Notes under the pieces: generated by a model
What the model was told of the DNA's origin: nothing
Databases searched by the model: none
Seen by the model: the letters and a program-made list of their open reading frames with translations, nothing else
NCBI RefSeq assembly: GCF_964204645.1
Contig: NC_134031.1
Location: 12,526,088 to 12,590,087, forward strand
Direction: 5' to 3'
DNA length: 64,000 nucleotides
DNA from: Tubulanus polymorphus
Taxonomy: Eukaryota > Animalia > Nemertea
Shown here: positions 47,108 through 61,627 of the stretch, piece after piece
Position numbering within the stretch: the first letter of the stretch is position 1
Layout: each line of letters starts with the position of its first letter
Program-made: the position numbers and the translations under genes

Positions 47108-47121
47108 TTATCTTCCTTCAA
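47108..47121 (-). CDS. DDX39B: DDX39B/UAP56 terminal coding exon (I)EGR*
   Basis: tttttag|TTGAAGGAAGATAA completes the phase-1 codon from the previous exon; candidate AATAAA at 46879-46884 on the minus strand. Confidence 0.85.
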
Positions 47122-47279
47122 CTAAAAATAATTATGTTATCTTTGAGGAACAAGCATGGACATGGAAGTAATATTGATACAAGAGTGAATTTTAATTTAA
47201 GGAGGGGGCTGCACAGTTGTAACCAGAATAAGCATGTCAAATACGCATGTTACTAAGTGGTGTCACTTGTTTAGAAGGA

Positions 47280-49569
47280 AACAAATTCAAGTCCTGGAAT
47301 TACTCGTTCGAAGGTGCTAGTCAGAACCGGAAATTGGAACCTAAAACCGCCGAGTTTTAGTTCATTTGCAATAAAAATGCCACGTTTTTAATGAGCGATT
47401 TTTTATTTACAATATTTCGTCATAAACCCTCATGATAAAACCTCACTGCAAAGGCTAGAAATTACTATGAATGTCTACAAGGTATCACAAAACATTTTGC
47501 GACAGCTGACGATGTAAAGACTGGTTGCCTGGTATCATATTGGTGGCAGCACTTGGAGGCCCAATTTTGATTGGCGGTTCGAGTCCTGGTACTTTTCATA
47601 TTTTAATTATGGATCTGCGATTGCAGTCCTTCTAGAATCAATTTTATTTCATAATATTATTTCCCTCTGATGAATCTGACAACAAGAGCCCCATGGGGCA
47701 TGATGCGGTAGCTTCACAAATCATAAATGACCTGTCAATTCCATGTCAAATATGCTAGAAGGGCTATCTAGGAACAGATCCACGGATCCATGAACATTGA
47801 AAATGGCAAGTTAAGTATCCATGCAAACAAAACAAAAGTTTGAAAATATGAAATTTCAGTGCAATTTTATACAATTTCTAGGTACTGGGACATCTTATTA
47901 GTTGCTCGTGGAAAAAGTGCCCTGAAAATAAAGCCCTTGTATTTTCAAAACGGCATAGGAAAATATATTGCGATAGGTGCATGTGCGTGTTGTTTTCCCG
48001 TCTGAATCTGCCAAAGAGGTCTTTATCAGAATATTTCCATGACCTTTTTTGCAGAAACTTCGTTCGGAAAGTAAGGAATCACCTTAAACAGTGATGGAAA
48101 CACATCATGTTCAGGGGGTCCGTGCATTAATATTTAAGAAAGTAACCTTAATCATGTTGAACCAAGTAAACTTTATGAAAATATGTCAAATAAAACGATC
48201 TCAGCATTATACACAGTAATAATGACATGCAACTACATGATTCATCATGAATATAAAAGTGGCAGTGTTCCCCAATGGCTCAAATAGACATGCTCCGTAC
48301 AGCATAAACCGCTGATGCTGAATGATTAAATTTGCGTATAACATACACCACTTGCTATGGAATTAAAATGAAGTGTGTTAGACAATTTATGGGTATAAAT
48401 TGAACCAGAAAGAAACTTTCCATGATGGGTTTCTGTGTAATTGTTTCTGTTTCATTCACCGAACTCGCTGTGAAAAAGGCGATTCTCGATATAAATAGTA
48501 ATGGGTTTCCCCGCGGGATACCCGCTTTGGGAAAGGCACCTGAATCGATGCTACGAGTTCGAATCCCAATATTTAGACGTAATTTATTATTCTTTGAAAT
48601 AAATTCTTAGAATTTCTATTTATGATAGGATGTGCAGGTTTTGATTTGGTAATGATGTTAATAAAAGTTAACCTCTTAAGGTATTGTTTTCTATCTATTA
48701 TTTGTGACGGATTAGTTTCGATGCTCCTCACAACCCGCCCCACCACGTGTCACTTATTCACGGACGCGCGGATTGTATCATTTGTAATAGGTCTACCACA
48801 CGAAAGAGTCCATGGCCTACCGTAGAATAGTAGGGCCTACCGATCACGCTATGTGCGATGAAAGTAGTGTTTGAATAAAACAAATTTTTAATGAAATAAA
48901 CATTATTTATCATAATTAATCAATAGATCAGGTGCCGCCTAAATAATTGTTTGTTTCGTGAAATTTGTACAAAACTTTGCGACTTTGTCGTGTCTTGTGA
49001 CCCTGAAAATACTAGAAGAATGATCGGTAAGCTTATAAAACGGCGAGGTCAACATAGTAACAACAACTTCGGGGATTGAAAAAAAAAACTCAAAAGAATT
49101 ATTTTTTATACTGATGAGTTATACTGATGGGGAGTAGCGACCGTCATTGACACCGGTTATTTATCCATTCACTATCAAATGTGACGAGCCCAATAAATGA
49201 TTGCGCATAGATTCGGCCTCTCGGCATTTAGCACAGCAGTTCCGAGAAGTGTTAAGACCGATCAGCGCGCGCGCTATCTAAAACCGGTGCTAGTACGATC
49301 AATATCTACAGGTATATACGTGTTCAGTATTACACAGCGAGTACCACTATGTTCATCGAGCGTCGTCATAGCAACGCGCTATACAGCGGCTTGAACTAGC
49401 GAGTAACGTTAATTATCTTTTAACCAAATTAGAGCACTTATAACCATCGGAATCAAATATAAACCAAGCTGCACCATCTACATCAAGTAGAGAATACCTG
49501 TGTGAAATTACAGAATTGTCGGTCCACACAAACAGCTTAACTCGTGTCATAAAGAAACATCCACAAACG

Positions 49570-49637
<68 letters not shown>

Positions 49638-50870
49638 TGACGACGATGCCATAGATGGGTTCGTCTAACGACGAAACCCATCAAAAATTATCAAGATTCA
49701 TCGCCTCTTTTCAACATATTTTGTTTATTTAGCCAATCAGCGCCTATTAAAAAATATCTAGCCCGGCACGCTTGGTGGAGGCTATCTCTAACACATTTCT
49801 TAGAGGTTCATACGCGGAGAAAATAGGCCGCCAAAATATTTCCTCATCTTTTCGCTTTCAAATGTGGAACCTGGGCAATTATACCCAACCAATGTTTGTT
49901 TCCGATGTGTCTGTTAGATGCATGTTCTCTGATCACAGATGCATCGATATGTATCACATTTACATTTACACGTTTGACATGTTGTTACAGGATAAGAACC
50001 CCCATGTTACAGGATAAAAACCACTCGCAGTGAAAAGACTGCAATTTTTGCTCATTTTGAGAATTACATAAATGCGGCTCATTAATCGGGCTTTACAACT
50101 TGGGACAAAACTTTTGTGGGAAGATTTAAAGGAACGCTAGTTAAAGACGATAATGCATATTTGAAATTGAATTTCACTTAGATGTTTTAACAGCAGCTTA
50201 GCAAGATTTCGCTAATAGGATTTTATTTTAGTGCAAAGCCATTGCATTAGACAGCCCCTGTTTCAATGCCACTAAAAACTGACCAATGCTGTAATACTCA
50301 ACCCGATGGCATCGAGATTGCCACTGTACGAAACCCTGCCACACTAGACGGAGTGCGGTCATTATAAGCCAATCAGATATCCCGTTTTATTATAGCCTGG
50401 GTTTACCAATTTACAGTTCTTGCGTGAAATTTACGTCAGCGATTATACAACCAGCAGTCTGACTGGTGCCACAAGTTTTTATGTGGCATGTACCTGCGCA
50501 CCCGGTCTACTGTGGCAGAGGTTCTTGCCGTGGCCGAATCCCTGCCATGGGATTATGTGCTAGGCTATAGGACTGATAGTTTTTGAACTATATGGCTCCA
50601 AATATGATAATGAGAGCTTTCGAAAAGCGCAACAATGCCTGAATATAATTGAGTTTCTAGTGTAGTCGCAGTGTAAAAAACTTAAAACTTAAAAGGGTTA
50701 ATGAAATCCAACACATTGTCAAGATATCATACTTAAAGGATTACGCTTACTAAAAAATTGAAGTGCAACATTTTTATCGCAAATGAACAAGAACATGGCG
50801 GATTTAGGTTCCAATTTCTGGTTCTGACTAGTGCCATTAAATGAGAAATTCCAGAACCTGAATTTGTCGA
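47280..50870. mobile_element. Non-autonomous TIR element with ~100-bp imperfect inverted ends, containing nested repeats
   Basis: CTAGTCAGAACCGGAAATTGGAACCTAAA.CCGCC (~47317) versus GGCGGATTTAGGTTCCAATTTCTGGTTCTGACTAG (~50797); pairing extends on both sides. Confidence 0.7.
48403..49686 (-). mobile_element. Helentron/DINE-1-like non-autonomous repeat (HINE-2)
   Basis: Subterminal IRs TGATGGGTTTC/GAAACCCATCA, terminal hairpin, (GACA)n tract at 49570-49637; second copy at 52975-54319. Confidence 0.75.
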
Positions 50871-51087
50871 TATCCCGTATTGATAATGTCACTTGACAAT
50901 GAAATTGGCATGATTACCTGTAAGTGGTAAGGTCATTCCATCAAAGTAGGGAAGGGGCATGAAATTCAATTGAAACGCTAGATTCACCAGAGTGGGAATC
51001 TGGAGATGCGTTTACCTTGCTAACTGATGCTTTGATATTTTGACAAGAAGAAATGTAACCGACAGTTGCATGTGGAATGAAACTTAC

Positions 51088-51235
51088 TGTATGAAGAGAG
51101 ATCAATCTCATCCGGTAATTCTGTGATATTGACTTCAAATCGTTCCTGAACTTCATTCAAGATCTTGGCATCTTTTTCATCGGAGACAAAGGTAATAGCT
51201 AAACCTTTTGTACCAAAACGTCCAGCACGAGCAAC
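51088..51235 (-). CDS. DDX39B: DDX39B/UAP56 exon (148 nt)
   Basis: [49 protein letters not shown]; AG/GT boundaries. Confidence 0.96.
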
Positions 51236-51316
51236 CTATGTTATAAAAAAATGAACTTCAAATCATCTTTCACTTGAATTAACTACTTGATGTAATCAGA
51301 GCTGCCAACCCCTCCC

Positions 51317-51797
51317 CAGAGTTGCCACTTATGTGAAGCTAAAAATCCGGAAAATAAGTCGGGGGTCCTCCCCCCAAAAATTTTTTGAAATTAGAACGCA
51401 TATTGCGTTCTGGCGCAATACGCGTTATAGGCCTCACTTTCATTACCGCCTATAGATCTTTTTTTCAAATAGCGATTGGTTCCGTCAAATACACCTCATA
51501 CATAAACCAGAGAGCCAAAAAACAAAACGAAGCGTCAATCGATTTCGATCGTCGCGTCATCTTGGTTTAATCATGTACTGCGGGGTTGTTGCCACTACGT
51601 GGCAGCACAATACGGCTTTTTCGAACCCTCTACGGAGCCGTCACGTTTTGATGTTTAGGGTCGAATCCCGAATTGATTTTATTTTTTTCGCGATGTTTTC
51701 TTTTGTGGTTATTTGACTTCTCCCAAAAATCCGGAAATGAAATTGGATTTTTTTTAAATCCGGAATTCCGGAGAAATCCGGAGAAGTGGCAACACTG
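51317..51797. mobile_element. MITE with CAG..CTG TIRs and CCTCCC target duplication
   Basis: CAGAGTTGCCACTT...AAGTGGCAACACTG flanked by CCTCCC on both sides. Confidence 0.78.
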
Positions 51798-52354
51798 CCT
51801 CCCAGAAAATTGCTTTGAGGGACTGAGATCCCCATTTTCTGGGAGAGCCAACAATTGCCAGGACATTCTAAATTCTCAGCAATATAATTTTTGACCGATT
51901 TGGAAATACATTTATTTTTTTCTCATCAAAAACTAGGGGTCCAGGGACACCATGCTCACTTGGGAAGTGGTTTCAAATGCTCAACAATCTAACAATTTCA
52001 ATACATAAGGCCCCCTAGTGACCATATACAAACCCAATGATCTTGAAACCCACCACAATCATAGAACATGTCAGCAGCTATGATTTTGTAATTGATTGTG
52101 ATAACAAAATATGCCTCGTTACCAATTTAATATAGAAATACTAAGTAATTCTACTATTCAACGCCCCCTGGTGACCATATGCAAAACCCAATGACCTTAA
52201 AACTCATCACAATCGTAGTACATGTCATGAAATACAACTTTGCAATTGATCATGGTAACAAAATATGCCTAGGTACCAATCTAATAAGGAAATACTAAGC
52301 TATTCTACCACTCAACGCCCCATGGTGACTATATGGAATAACTTATGTCCTTAA

Positions 52355-54238
52355 CCCTTTCAATACCACATAGTGTCTCCGCTGCTGTACCGGAGGGAAG
52401 TTAAGGGTTTATAGGGGTATATTTGAGGCTTCATGGAATAGTTACCAAGGTATCTGACACAGAAAAATTATATAGCATGTTGTTGATAACTTTTGGGCCA
52501 ACAAAGTAGACATAAATAATGTGGGTATAAGTGAATTTGAGGTCAAGGTCACATTCTCCAAGATAGCCGCTATGAAAAAATTCACGAAAAAGTTTCAGAT
52601 AAACTGCTCTCTCCCAGCAAAATGCACTGATCTATTCAATTCCAACTGAAATTGTATGCCATATATCCTTACTTTATGTAGTCAAAATTTCAAAGCAATA
52701 GCACAACTAAAAGATTTATTTTTATACTCACTTTTCCACCGATATGTCGGAAGGTCGGATGTAAGGGGTTTTATTGGGGTATAATTTCAGGCCTCAGAAA
52801 ATTGTTACCCATGTATTTGACACTGATACATTGTATACCAGGGTGTTGATAACCTTTGGGCTTACAAATAAGCCAAATAATTTGGATATATGTGACCTTG
52901 AAGATGGACAGCTTATGATTCTTCATTATTGTTATTGGTGTCCGTTGCCATGACAACCGTATCAACAGGGTCTAAACCAGAAAGAAACCTTCCATGATGG
53001 GTTTCTGTGTAATTGTTTCTGTTTCATTCACCGAACTCGCTGTCAAAAAGGCGATTCTCGATATAAATAGTAATGGGTTTTCCCCGCGGGATACCCGCTT
53101 TGGGAAAGGCACCTGAATCGATGCTACGAGTTCGAATCCCAATATTTAGACGTAATTTATTATTCTTTGAAATAAATTCTTAGAATTTCTATTTATGATA
53201 GGATGTGCAGGTTTTGATTTGGTAATGATGTTAATAAAAGTTAACCTCTTAAGGTATTGTTTTCTATCTATTATTTGTGACGGATTAGTTTCGATGCCCC
53301 TCACAACCCGCCCCACCACGTGTCACTTATTCACGGACGCGCGGATTGTATCATTTGTAATAGGGCTACCACATGAAAGAGTCCATGGCCTACCGTAGAA
53401 TAGTAGGGCCTACCGATCACGCTATGTGCGATGAAAGTAGTGTTTGAATAAAAGAAATTTTTAATGAAATAAACATTATTTATCATAATTAATCAATAGA
53501 TCAGGTGCCGCCTAAATAATTGTTTGTTTCGTGAAATTTGTACAAAACTTTGCGACTTCGTCATGTCTTGTGACCCTGAAAATACTAGAAGAATCAGCGG
53601 TAAGCTTATAAAACGGCGATGTCAACATAGTAACAACAACTTCGGGGATTGAAAAAAAAAACTCAAAAGAATTATTTTCTATACTGATGAGTTATACTGA
53701 TGGGGAGTAGCGACCGTCATTGACACCGGTTATTTATCCATTCACTATCAAATGTGACGAACCCAATAAATGATTGCGCGTAGTTTCGGCCTCTCAGCAT
53801 TTAGCACAGCAGTTCCGAGAAGTGTTAAGACTGATCAGCGCGCGCTATCTAAAACCGGTGCTAGTACGATCAATATCTACAGGTATATACGTGTTCAGTA
53901 TTACACAGCGAGTACCAGTATGTTGATCGAGCGTCGTCGTAGCAACGCGCTATACAGCAACCGGTGCTAGTACGATCAATATCTACAGGTATATACGTGT
54001 TCAGTATTACACAGCGAGTACCACTATGTTCATCGAGCGTCGTCGTAGCAACGCGCTATACAGCGGCTTGAACTAGCGAGTTACGTTAATTATCTTTTAA
54101 CCAAATTAGAGCACTTATAACCATCGGAATCAAATATAAACCAAGCTGCACCATCTACATCAAGTAGAGAATACCTGTGTGAAATTACAGAATTGTCGGT
54201 CCACACAAACAGCTTAAATCGTGTCATAAAGAAACATC

Positions 54239-54270
<32 letters not shown>

Positions 54271-54671
54271 TGACGACGATGCCATAGATGGGTTCGTCTG
54301 ACGACGAAACCCATCAAAAAATTGTCACTGATTTCGGTTTCATCAAAATCATTGCTGGCACTATAAACCTATTTTCTGACTAAGTCTGATCATCTGAACT
54401 GCTGCTGTCATATTCGTTGTGACTCTCAATTTGTTCACTACCCAATTCCAAATCACCAGCATCACATACGAGCTGCTGAACCGTTTCATCCAGCCAAATT
54501 GTTTTTTCCTGGCTGTTGCCATCTCGGATTTTATGCAGATGGCAGCACCAGCTGACACTGATAGATATGCCCTTCTAGAAGAGGAGTTAAACGATACTGT
54601 ATCACATACGGTACGGGTATGCTAGCTTGTCAATTTGTATCGTATGCCATACAGAAGTGGTATTATAAGGG
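52355..54671. mobile_element. Non-autonomous piggyBac-type element
   Basis: TTAA|CCCTTTCAATACCAC...GTGGTATTATAAGGG|TTAA; removing it restores the HINE-1 unit TGTCCTTAAAAACT. Confidence 0.85.
52975..54319 (-). mobile_element. HINE-2 copy nested in the piggyBac element
   Basis: Highly similar to 48403-49686, with a ~106-bp internal tandem duplication and a shorter (GACA)n tract. Confidence 0.8.
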
Positions 54672-55113
54672 TTAAAAACTAACCGCAATCATAGACAATG
54701 TCATGAACTACAACTTTGCAATTGATCATGGTAACAAAATATGCCTAGGTATCTAATAAGGAAATACTAACTTATTCTACTATTCAACGCCCCCTGGTGA
54801 CCATATAGAATAAGTTAGTCCTTGAAACTCACCACAATCATAGACGATGTCATAAGCTACAACTTTGCAATTGATTGTGGTTACAAAATATGCATAGGTA
54901 CAAATATAATATAGAAATACTAAGTTATTGTATTATTCAATGCCCCCTGGTGGCCATATACAAAAAGCAATCAAAAAGCAATGACCTTGAAACTCACTAA
55001 AATCATAGAAAACCTTATGAGCTACAACTTTCCAATACATTGTGGTAACACAATATGCTTAGGTATCAATATAATGTGGAAAAACTTTTTCTCACCTACG
55101 AATGAGTACTGAT

Positions 55114-55172
<59 letters not shown>

Positions 55173-55940
55173 TTTCATCATTTATGTCATGCAAGATACA
55201 ATATATGAGTTAAACATAGTTTTTACAGACATAAGATGAGGGACACAGTGCGAGCCTAGGGCTGTACTTATAATTACTAAGGCACTGTGCCCACGTGCAT
55301 TATGTGCAAGGTGCAATACAAATAATGACGCCAAGATGGCTGCCAATTGCGCCATAATTGGCTGATCAGAAATACATGTCTCAGGTATAAAACATCCCTT
55401 TCCAAAGAATACCTATTACAGATTGCGATGAGAAATGGCAAACCAGTAGGAAGCTACAGGACTCAGAATTTGGGCAAAAATTTACATTTTTGTCCACACA
55501 AAAGGTCATAGGATAGCCATCTTGAGTCCGTTCGACCCAGTTGATGGGCCCTATATTCAAGTATATAAGAAAGATCAAGGTTATTGATCAAAGCGTCTTC
55601 AAAATTTCCCTCAAAAAGTTCAAAAATGTGTAAACGTGCTGATTTTGGCAAACAACAATGGCTGCCAGTCGGCCAACTTGATTCTGATAGGGCCAGTTTT
55701 TGGGCTGAAGATGTGTCTAGGGTAGATACATGTGTACCCCAAATATCAAGACATTACATTGAAGTGTCTTCAAAACTTCCCCAAATATCAAGACATTACA
55801 TTGAAGTGTCTTCAAAACTTCCCAAAATAACTGGATTCCGTCTACGGACGGACAGATGATAAGTGAACGCAATAGCCCGTTGGGACTAAAGTCCCAAGTG
55901 GGCTAAAAATTCACTAATGAATTCAATTTTCAACAACTTA

Positions 55941-56159
<219 letters not shown>

Positions 56160-57295
56160 TTATTTAAAATAGTTATATTTATAGTTCTGTGGAACTGTGG
56201 AACTGCGTCCAGCTCAACTAGGAACTTTAAGTAACTGTTGCTAAACTCCTGGATAAATACAGTAGACTCCGCTTACCTTGGAATTCTTGGGACTGAGGTA
56301 TGCGATTTCCGAGGTATATAAGGTCCGCAAATTTTGTCATAAAAAAAATTTTTTGCTGACCAGTGGGCTTAAATTATCCTTCTTATACTAATTTATGTTG
56401 AATAAATGTACCATATCTGACAGGCTTTTATTGCTATTTCAATCAAAACCTCATATCCCCCAGGAGATTTGACTTGTCATCTTTTCAATCAAACCATCGT
56501 ACTGTAGTACACCAAGTAAAGCCCCTCCTTCCCAGTTGAGAGAATTTAAAAACATGTGGGTTTGATTGTAAACGCCTTCCCTGGTAGACTCAGAACGAAC
56601 GACGAAACGACTGTATTAGAAGACGTCTAGTTTATTTCTCTCTCACAGTACAGGGCTCAACAGTATAAATACTTGGGTTCAATGATGTGTAAATCACAAA
56701 CTGCTTTAACTCACATAAAGGAGAATTCATGCTTGAAAATGTATACACTGAATACAGTAAATCCAGATTATAGTATTACAGTATTCACTATTATAGTATT
56801 CACGTTGATGTGCAGTGACAAGTCTATAGCTCCGGGTCCACTGGAATTCAACCTTCTCTTCATAAGCTGCCAACCGTTTCCGGCAAAGAATGTGACGGTA
56901 ATGGACTTTCAATTTTTTTTATAATTGGGGATGATAACAAGATCAGGGCCTATAGCCCACTTATGACCATTGTTTTAACTAATCTGGCCAACAAGAGAAT
57001 TGCAGGATAAAATGCCATTCCAGTGTGTACACAGTAATTAAAGCAACTGATGTGATTATCATCAAACAAGACAATAAATAATTCACCCTGTCTCACAATT
57101 CAGGATGTAGGGGCCTACATTGAATGTTTGAAGAAAGGTCCTTTAGAAATAGGTGATACAAAATTCTCTTGAGAGACACAATTTTCAGAATTTGAGGGGA
57201 TTTTGAGGGCCCAAGGGCTAAAACTCAGAATTTGAGGGATTGTGTACCCTCAAAAATGGATTTTGGAATTTGAGGCGTTTGAGGGGCTGTAGGAA

Positions 57296-59188
57296 CCATG
57301 CACAAAACATCTTTTTCCAAAGAATACCCATTTCAAATTGCAATGAGAAATGGCTAACCATTAGGAAGCTACCGGACCCAGAATTCGGGCCAAAATTGAC
57401 ATTTTTGGGCACTAAAAAGGTCTTAGGATGACTATCTTGAGTCCGATCGACCCAATCTTTCTTATGCAGATGGGCCCTCGGTAGATTCAAATATAGAAGA
57501 AAGATCAAGGTAATTTATCAAAGCGCCTTCAAAATTTCCCTCAAAAACATGTGTTAAGTGCTGATTTTTGCGAACAACAATGGTTGCCAGTTGGCCATCT
57601 TGATTCTAACCAATTTAATATGGAAATACTAAATTTTTCTACTATTCAACGCCCCCTGGTGACCATATAGAATAACTAATGTCCTTAAAACTCACCACAA
57701 TCATGGAAGATGTCATGAGCTACAACTTAGCAATTGATTGTGGTAACAAAATATGCATAGGTACAAATATAATATAGAAATATAGCGGCAAAGCAGCAAT
57801 ACGGGTTTTCTGCACTGTCTTAGAATCCTGTTCAACGGTGGATTTCGACAAAGCATTTGATAAGGCACAACATCAGCCATTACTAAACAGGCTATTAGGA
57901 AACAGTATCAATGATAGGTCGGTCAAATGGCTCAGCAGTTATCTCTGAACGAAAACATGTAGCCAAAATCACCGGAACGCCTCCTCTTGGAATAAGTCGG
58001 TCTAACTAGTGGAGTCACGCAGGGTAGTATCCTAAGTCGTCTTCTGTGTAATGTCCTGACAAATGACATACACAGTAATCCAAAATATACCAGACCGAAT
58101 AAATTTCCAAAACGACCTTAACACGCTGTTTGACCGTTAATGTTCCGACAAGAAAATCTTGTTCGAATGAGAACAATTCTGTTTGATCGAACAATACGCT
58201 TTTTGTTTGAACCAAAACTTTTCTTCATTCTGACAAAAAAATGTGTTCGAATAAAAAGCTATTTTATTGTTGAAATGAAAAACAGTTTGTCCCGGCAAAA
58301 AAAATTTGGTTGAGTGAAAACAATTTTTTTCAAACGAATGTTTGAATGAAAACAATTCTGTTAGATTGAACGAAATACTTAATACTTTTGGTTCGGAGGA
58401 AAAACTTTTTACAATATACTTGTCAGAACATTTTTGTTCTGACAAGAAAATTCTGTTTGATGTCATGAGCTACAACTTTCCAATTGATTGTGGTTACAAA
58501 ATATGCATAGGTACGAATATAATAAAGAAATGCTAAGATATTGTATTATTCAACGCCCCCTGGTGGCCATATACGAAATCCAATTACCTTGAAACTCACC
58601 ACAATCATAGAACACGTTATGAGCTACAACTTTCTTATTGATTGTGGTAGCAAAATACGCTTAATACGGTATCAATATAATGTGGAAAAACTTTTTCCCA
58701 CTTACGAATGAGTACTGGTGACACCAACATGGCCGCCAATTGCGTCATAATTGGCTGATGAAAAATACCTGTCTCAGTTATAAAACAACCCTTTCCAAAG
58801 AACACCCATCACAAATTGTAATGAGAAATGACAAACCAGTAGGAAGCTACAGGACTCAGAATTCGGGGGCACTAAAAAGGTCATAGGACGGCCATCTTGA
58901 GTCCGACCGACCCAATTTTTGATATGCTGATGGGCACTGGAGGGATTCACATATAACCGAAAGATCAAGGTAATTGATCAAAGCTTCTTCAAAATTTCCT
59001 CAAAAAGTTCAAAAATGTGTAAGAAGTGCTGATTTTGGCGTAGATACATGTGTAACCCAAATATCAAGACATTACCTTGAAGCGTCTTCAAAACTTCCCA
59101 AAATAACTGGATTCCGTCTACGGACCTACGGACGACGGACGAAAAGTGAACGCAATAGCTCGCTGGGACTAAAGTCCCAAGTGGGCTA
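57296..59188 (-). mobile_element. Rearranged HINE-1 pieces with a nested HINE-3/RT fragment (57779-~58459)
   Basis: Homology to 51933-55905; 57779-58150 is homologous to the reverse complement of 17826-18204 and is followed by a different degenerate TGTTCGA-type repeat. Confidence 0.7.
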
Positions 59189-59223
59189 AAAAAAGAAATT
59201 TCTGGGGCTCAGCAGTAACTTAA

Positions 59224-59530
59224 AGCCGGATGTAGGTCAGTCTTGTGACGCGATGCGATCCTCGCGTTGCATCGCAAGTTTTGGCGCAAGTCAGTTGCAA
59301 TCGATTGTCAGCGACTAGTTTCTGCCAGTCGCAAGAGCATGCAGGTCGGTTGTGACAGTCGTGTAGCGTCGCAGAATGTAGAACACGTGCGACTCCTTGC
59401 GACTGGCGTTGCTGACTGTCGCAAGGGAGCGTAGGTCGATGAGTAGTTGTGACACAATCGTCACTGGCGGTCGCAGTGAATGGCGTCGCAGTGAGTCACA
59501 AGCCGTTGCAAGGCCGACCTACGCCAGGCT
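59224..59530. mobile_element. PIF/Harbinger-type MITE
   Basis: TAA|AGCCGGATGTAGGTC...GACCTACGCCAGGCT|TAA; internal GTCGCA-type repeats. Confidence 0.72.
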
Positions 59531-61441
59531 TAAGTCATTAGGATATAATGAAATACCAGTTTCATTTATGATGAAAAAACTCAAATGAAAAGTTTGGTTT
59601 ATAAAGCTGTCTGCTCAGTCGAAATTTTCAAAAAAATCTTCATTTTTGGCAATAAAATAGATAATTGTGATTGATCGTTGCAAGTGAGAAGCAGTTAATC
59701 ACTAATTAACATGCATTTTAATAAATCTGATTCCTCCTTTACAGAGAACTTAGTATTAACCTAGTAGAGGCTACTAGCCTATGTAGTCCTATGAATATGC
59801 GTAGGCCTAACATCCGGACAGATTTGTCGTAGGCCTATTGAATAACAACCCTCCTAAATATCGTAAAGTTTGTTTTGAAGTTCAATCCAATGAGTCCGTT
59901 AATAAACGCAACAATTATACTGTGTTTGATTGAGACAGTAACAGTCAGTTCCGGTAGGCCTAAAGCCTTAAGGTCGCGTAAAACTCGATAAACACTTCAA
60001 GCGACACAGCGAATGATCTCCTTTCCCCCACAGCGAACGCTTACTCCGAATGTCAAGTGTGAGTCCAGCATACTGATAGGAGTGCAGACCTGCCAACATT
60101 GAATTTTTCAAGATAGTAACATTTTTCAAATTTGCCAGTATTTTTTAGATTTTGCCAGTGACCCACTAGACTTGATGTGACCTTTGCCAGTAACATTTTC
60201 AATATGGCCAGTAACGAATTTTCGCATTAAAATCAGAATATAGAATATTAAAACTACTAAAGAAATTAATTTTAAAAAATGCATTTATTATGAAATTAAA
60301 CTTGAAACTGCTGTTTCCATAAAATATTAACAATTTTGAGACATCAGACACACCCCATCACCTACTCGCACTATCACAGGTAAACTTAATCTACCATCAA
60401 TTAAAGATTATAATTACCAGTTAACTCAACTAGAAAACAGTTAACCCTCCGAATTTTCCAGATTTGACAAAACGTCGTGTACTTCGTCCGCCATTTGCAA
60501 CATTCATGACAATTTGAGCGATGAAAATTACTCGTTGTAACCGAAAATTCGCTAGACTGGTTCCCGGTATTACTCGTTGTAACCGAAAATTCGCTAGACT
60601 GGTTCCCGGCTGTATGGAAACTTCGTGACAATTACTCAAATAAAAACCAAATTTCCATGTAATTAATGTTAATAAACCATTAAAATACCGATTATGTACT
60701 GCAAAATTACCTTTATTGACATAATATAAGGAGATTTTTATTGAGTCCGTATTTATTTGCTCATTCGCATAACATCGGAACGATATCGAAACAAAGCGTA
60801 TTCCATTGCCTGTGCCAGTAACGCCGTATTACCGCGGGTAGCACCGGAACGGAATACGGCAAAAACCTAACGGTTGGCAGGTGTGGGAGTGTGTTATATA
60901 CTTGTATTAAGTAAATACCTTGTGCATTTGACAATGATCGGTATGTACTGTAGGAAATATAGAGTACTGATGGTATTGATTTAGAGGTTGAAGCCCGCCT
61001 AGCAATAAAGTAATATATTCTTTTATTTTGATACCTCGTCGACATAACAGCTTTTCTCCGCTGAATAGCAATAGCCCGCTGGGTCTTAAGTGCCAAGTGG
61101 GCTAAAAAATGATCACAAAAAAAAACCTACCGCCATTTTACATGAATTGGCTCAATGCCAACATCATATCGCTGACAAAGGTAAACCAAAAATACAAGAA
61201 ACATAAGGTATCTTTCAACATTTGATGAAAGATACCACAGGTTTTTTGTATTTATGGAATTGAGGGCATGTGGTAATTGCCTTATTTGATACAATTGCAA
61301 ATTTCACACTTGCGTTAACTGTATATATCTCAGCTAAGCTAAGTCTACACTAGCTTCTTGTACCTGGGTTGTGTGTCTACACTACACTACACTCAAAACA
61401 CAAGTTCCGTGCAGAGTTTTTGATGAGAGCAAAAGCTCTCA

Positions 61442-61567
<126 letters not shown>

Positions 61568-61627
61568 CTAAAAGGTAGAAAAATGCCAAGCCATGAGTCA
61601 ACAGAATACAGAAGGAAACAATGGCAA

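Larger units (their letters stand above)
51933..55905 (-). mobile_element. Full-length HINE-1 copy interrupted by a piggyBac-type insertion
   Basis: CTAGGGGTCC...GCTCACTTGGG at one end and hairpin TGGGACTAAAGTCCCA plus CCCAAGTGGGC-TAAAAA at the other; ACGG/ACAG tract; 154-bp internal repeats. Confidence 0.78.

Noticed and set aside
48422-54317. Duplicated short ORFs (48622/53195, 49413/54090)
   Set aside because: They recur only because they lie in two copies of a non-coding repeat that includes a (GACA)n tract.
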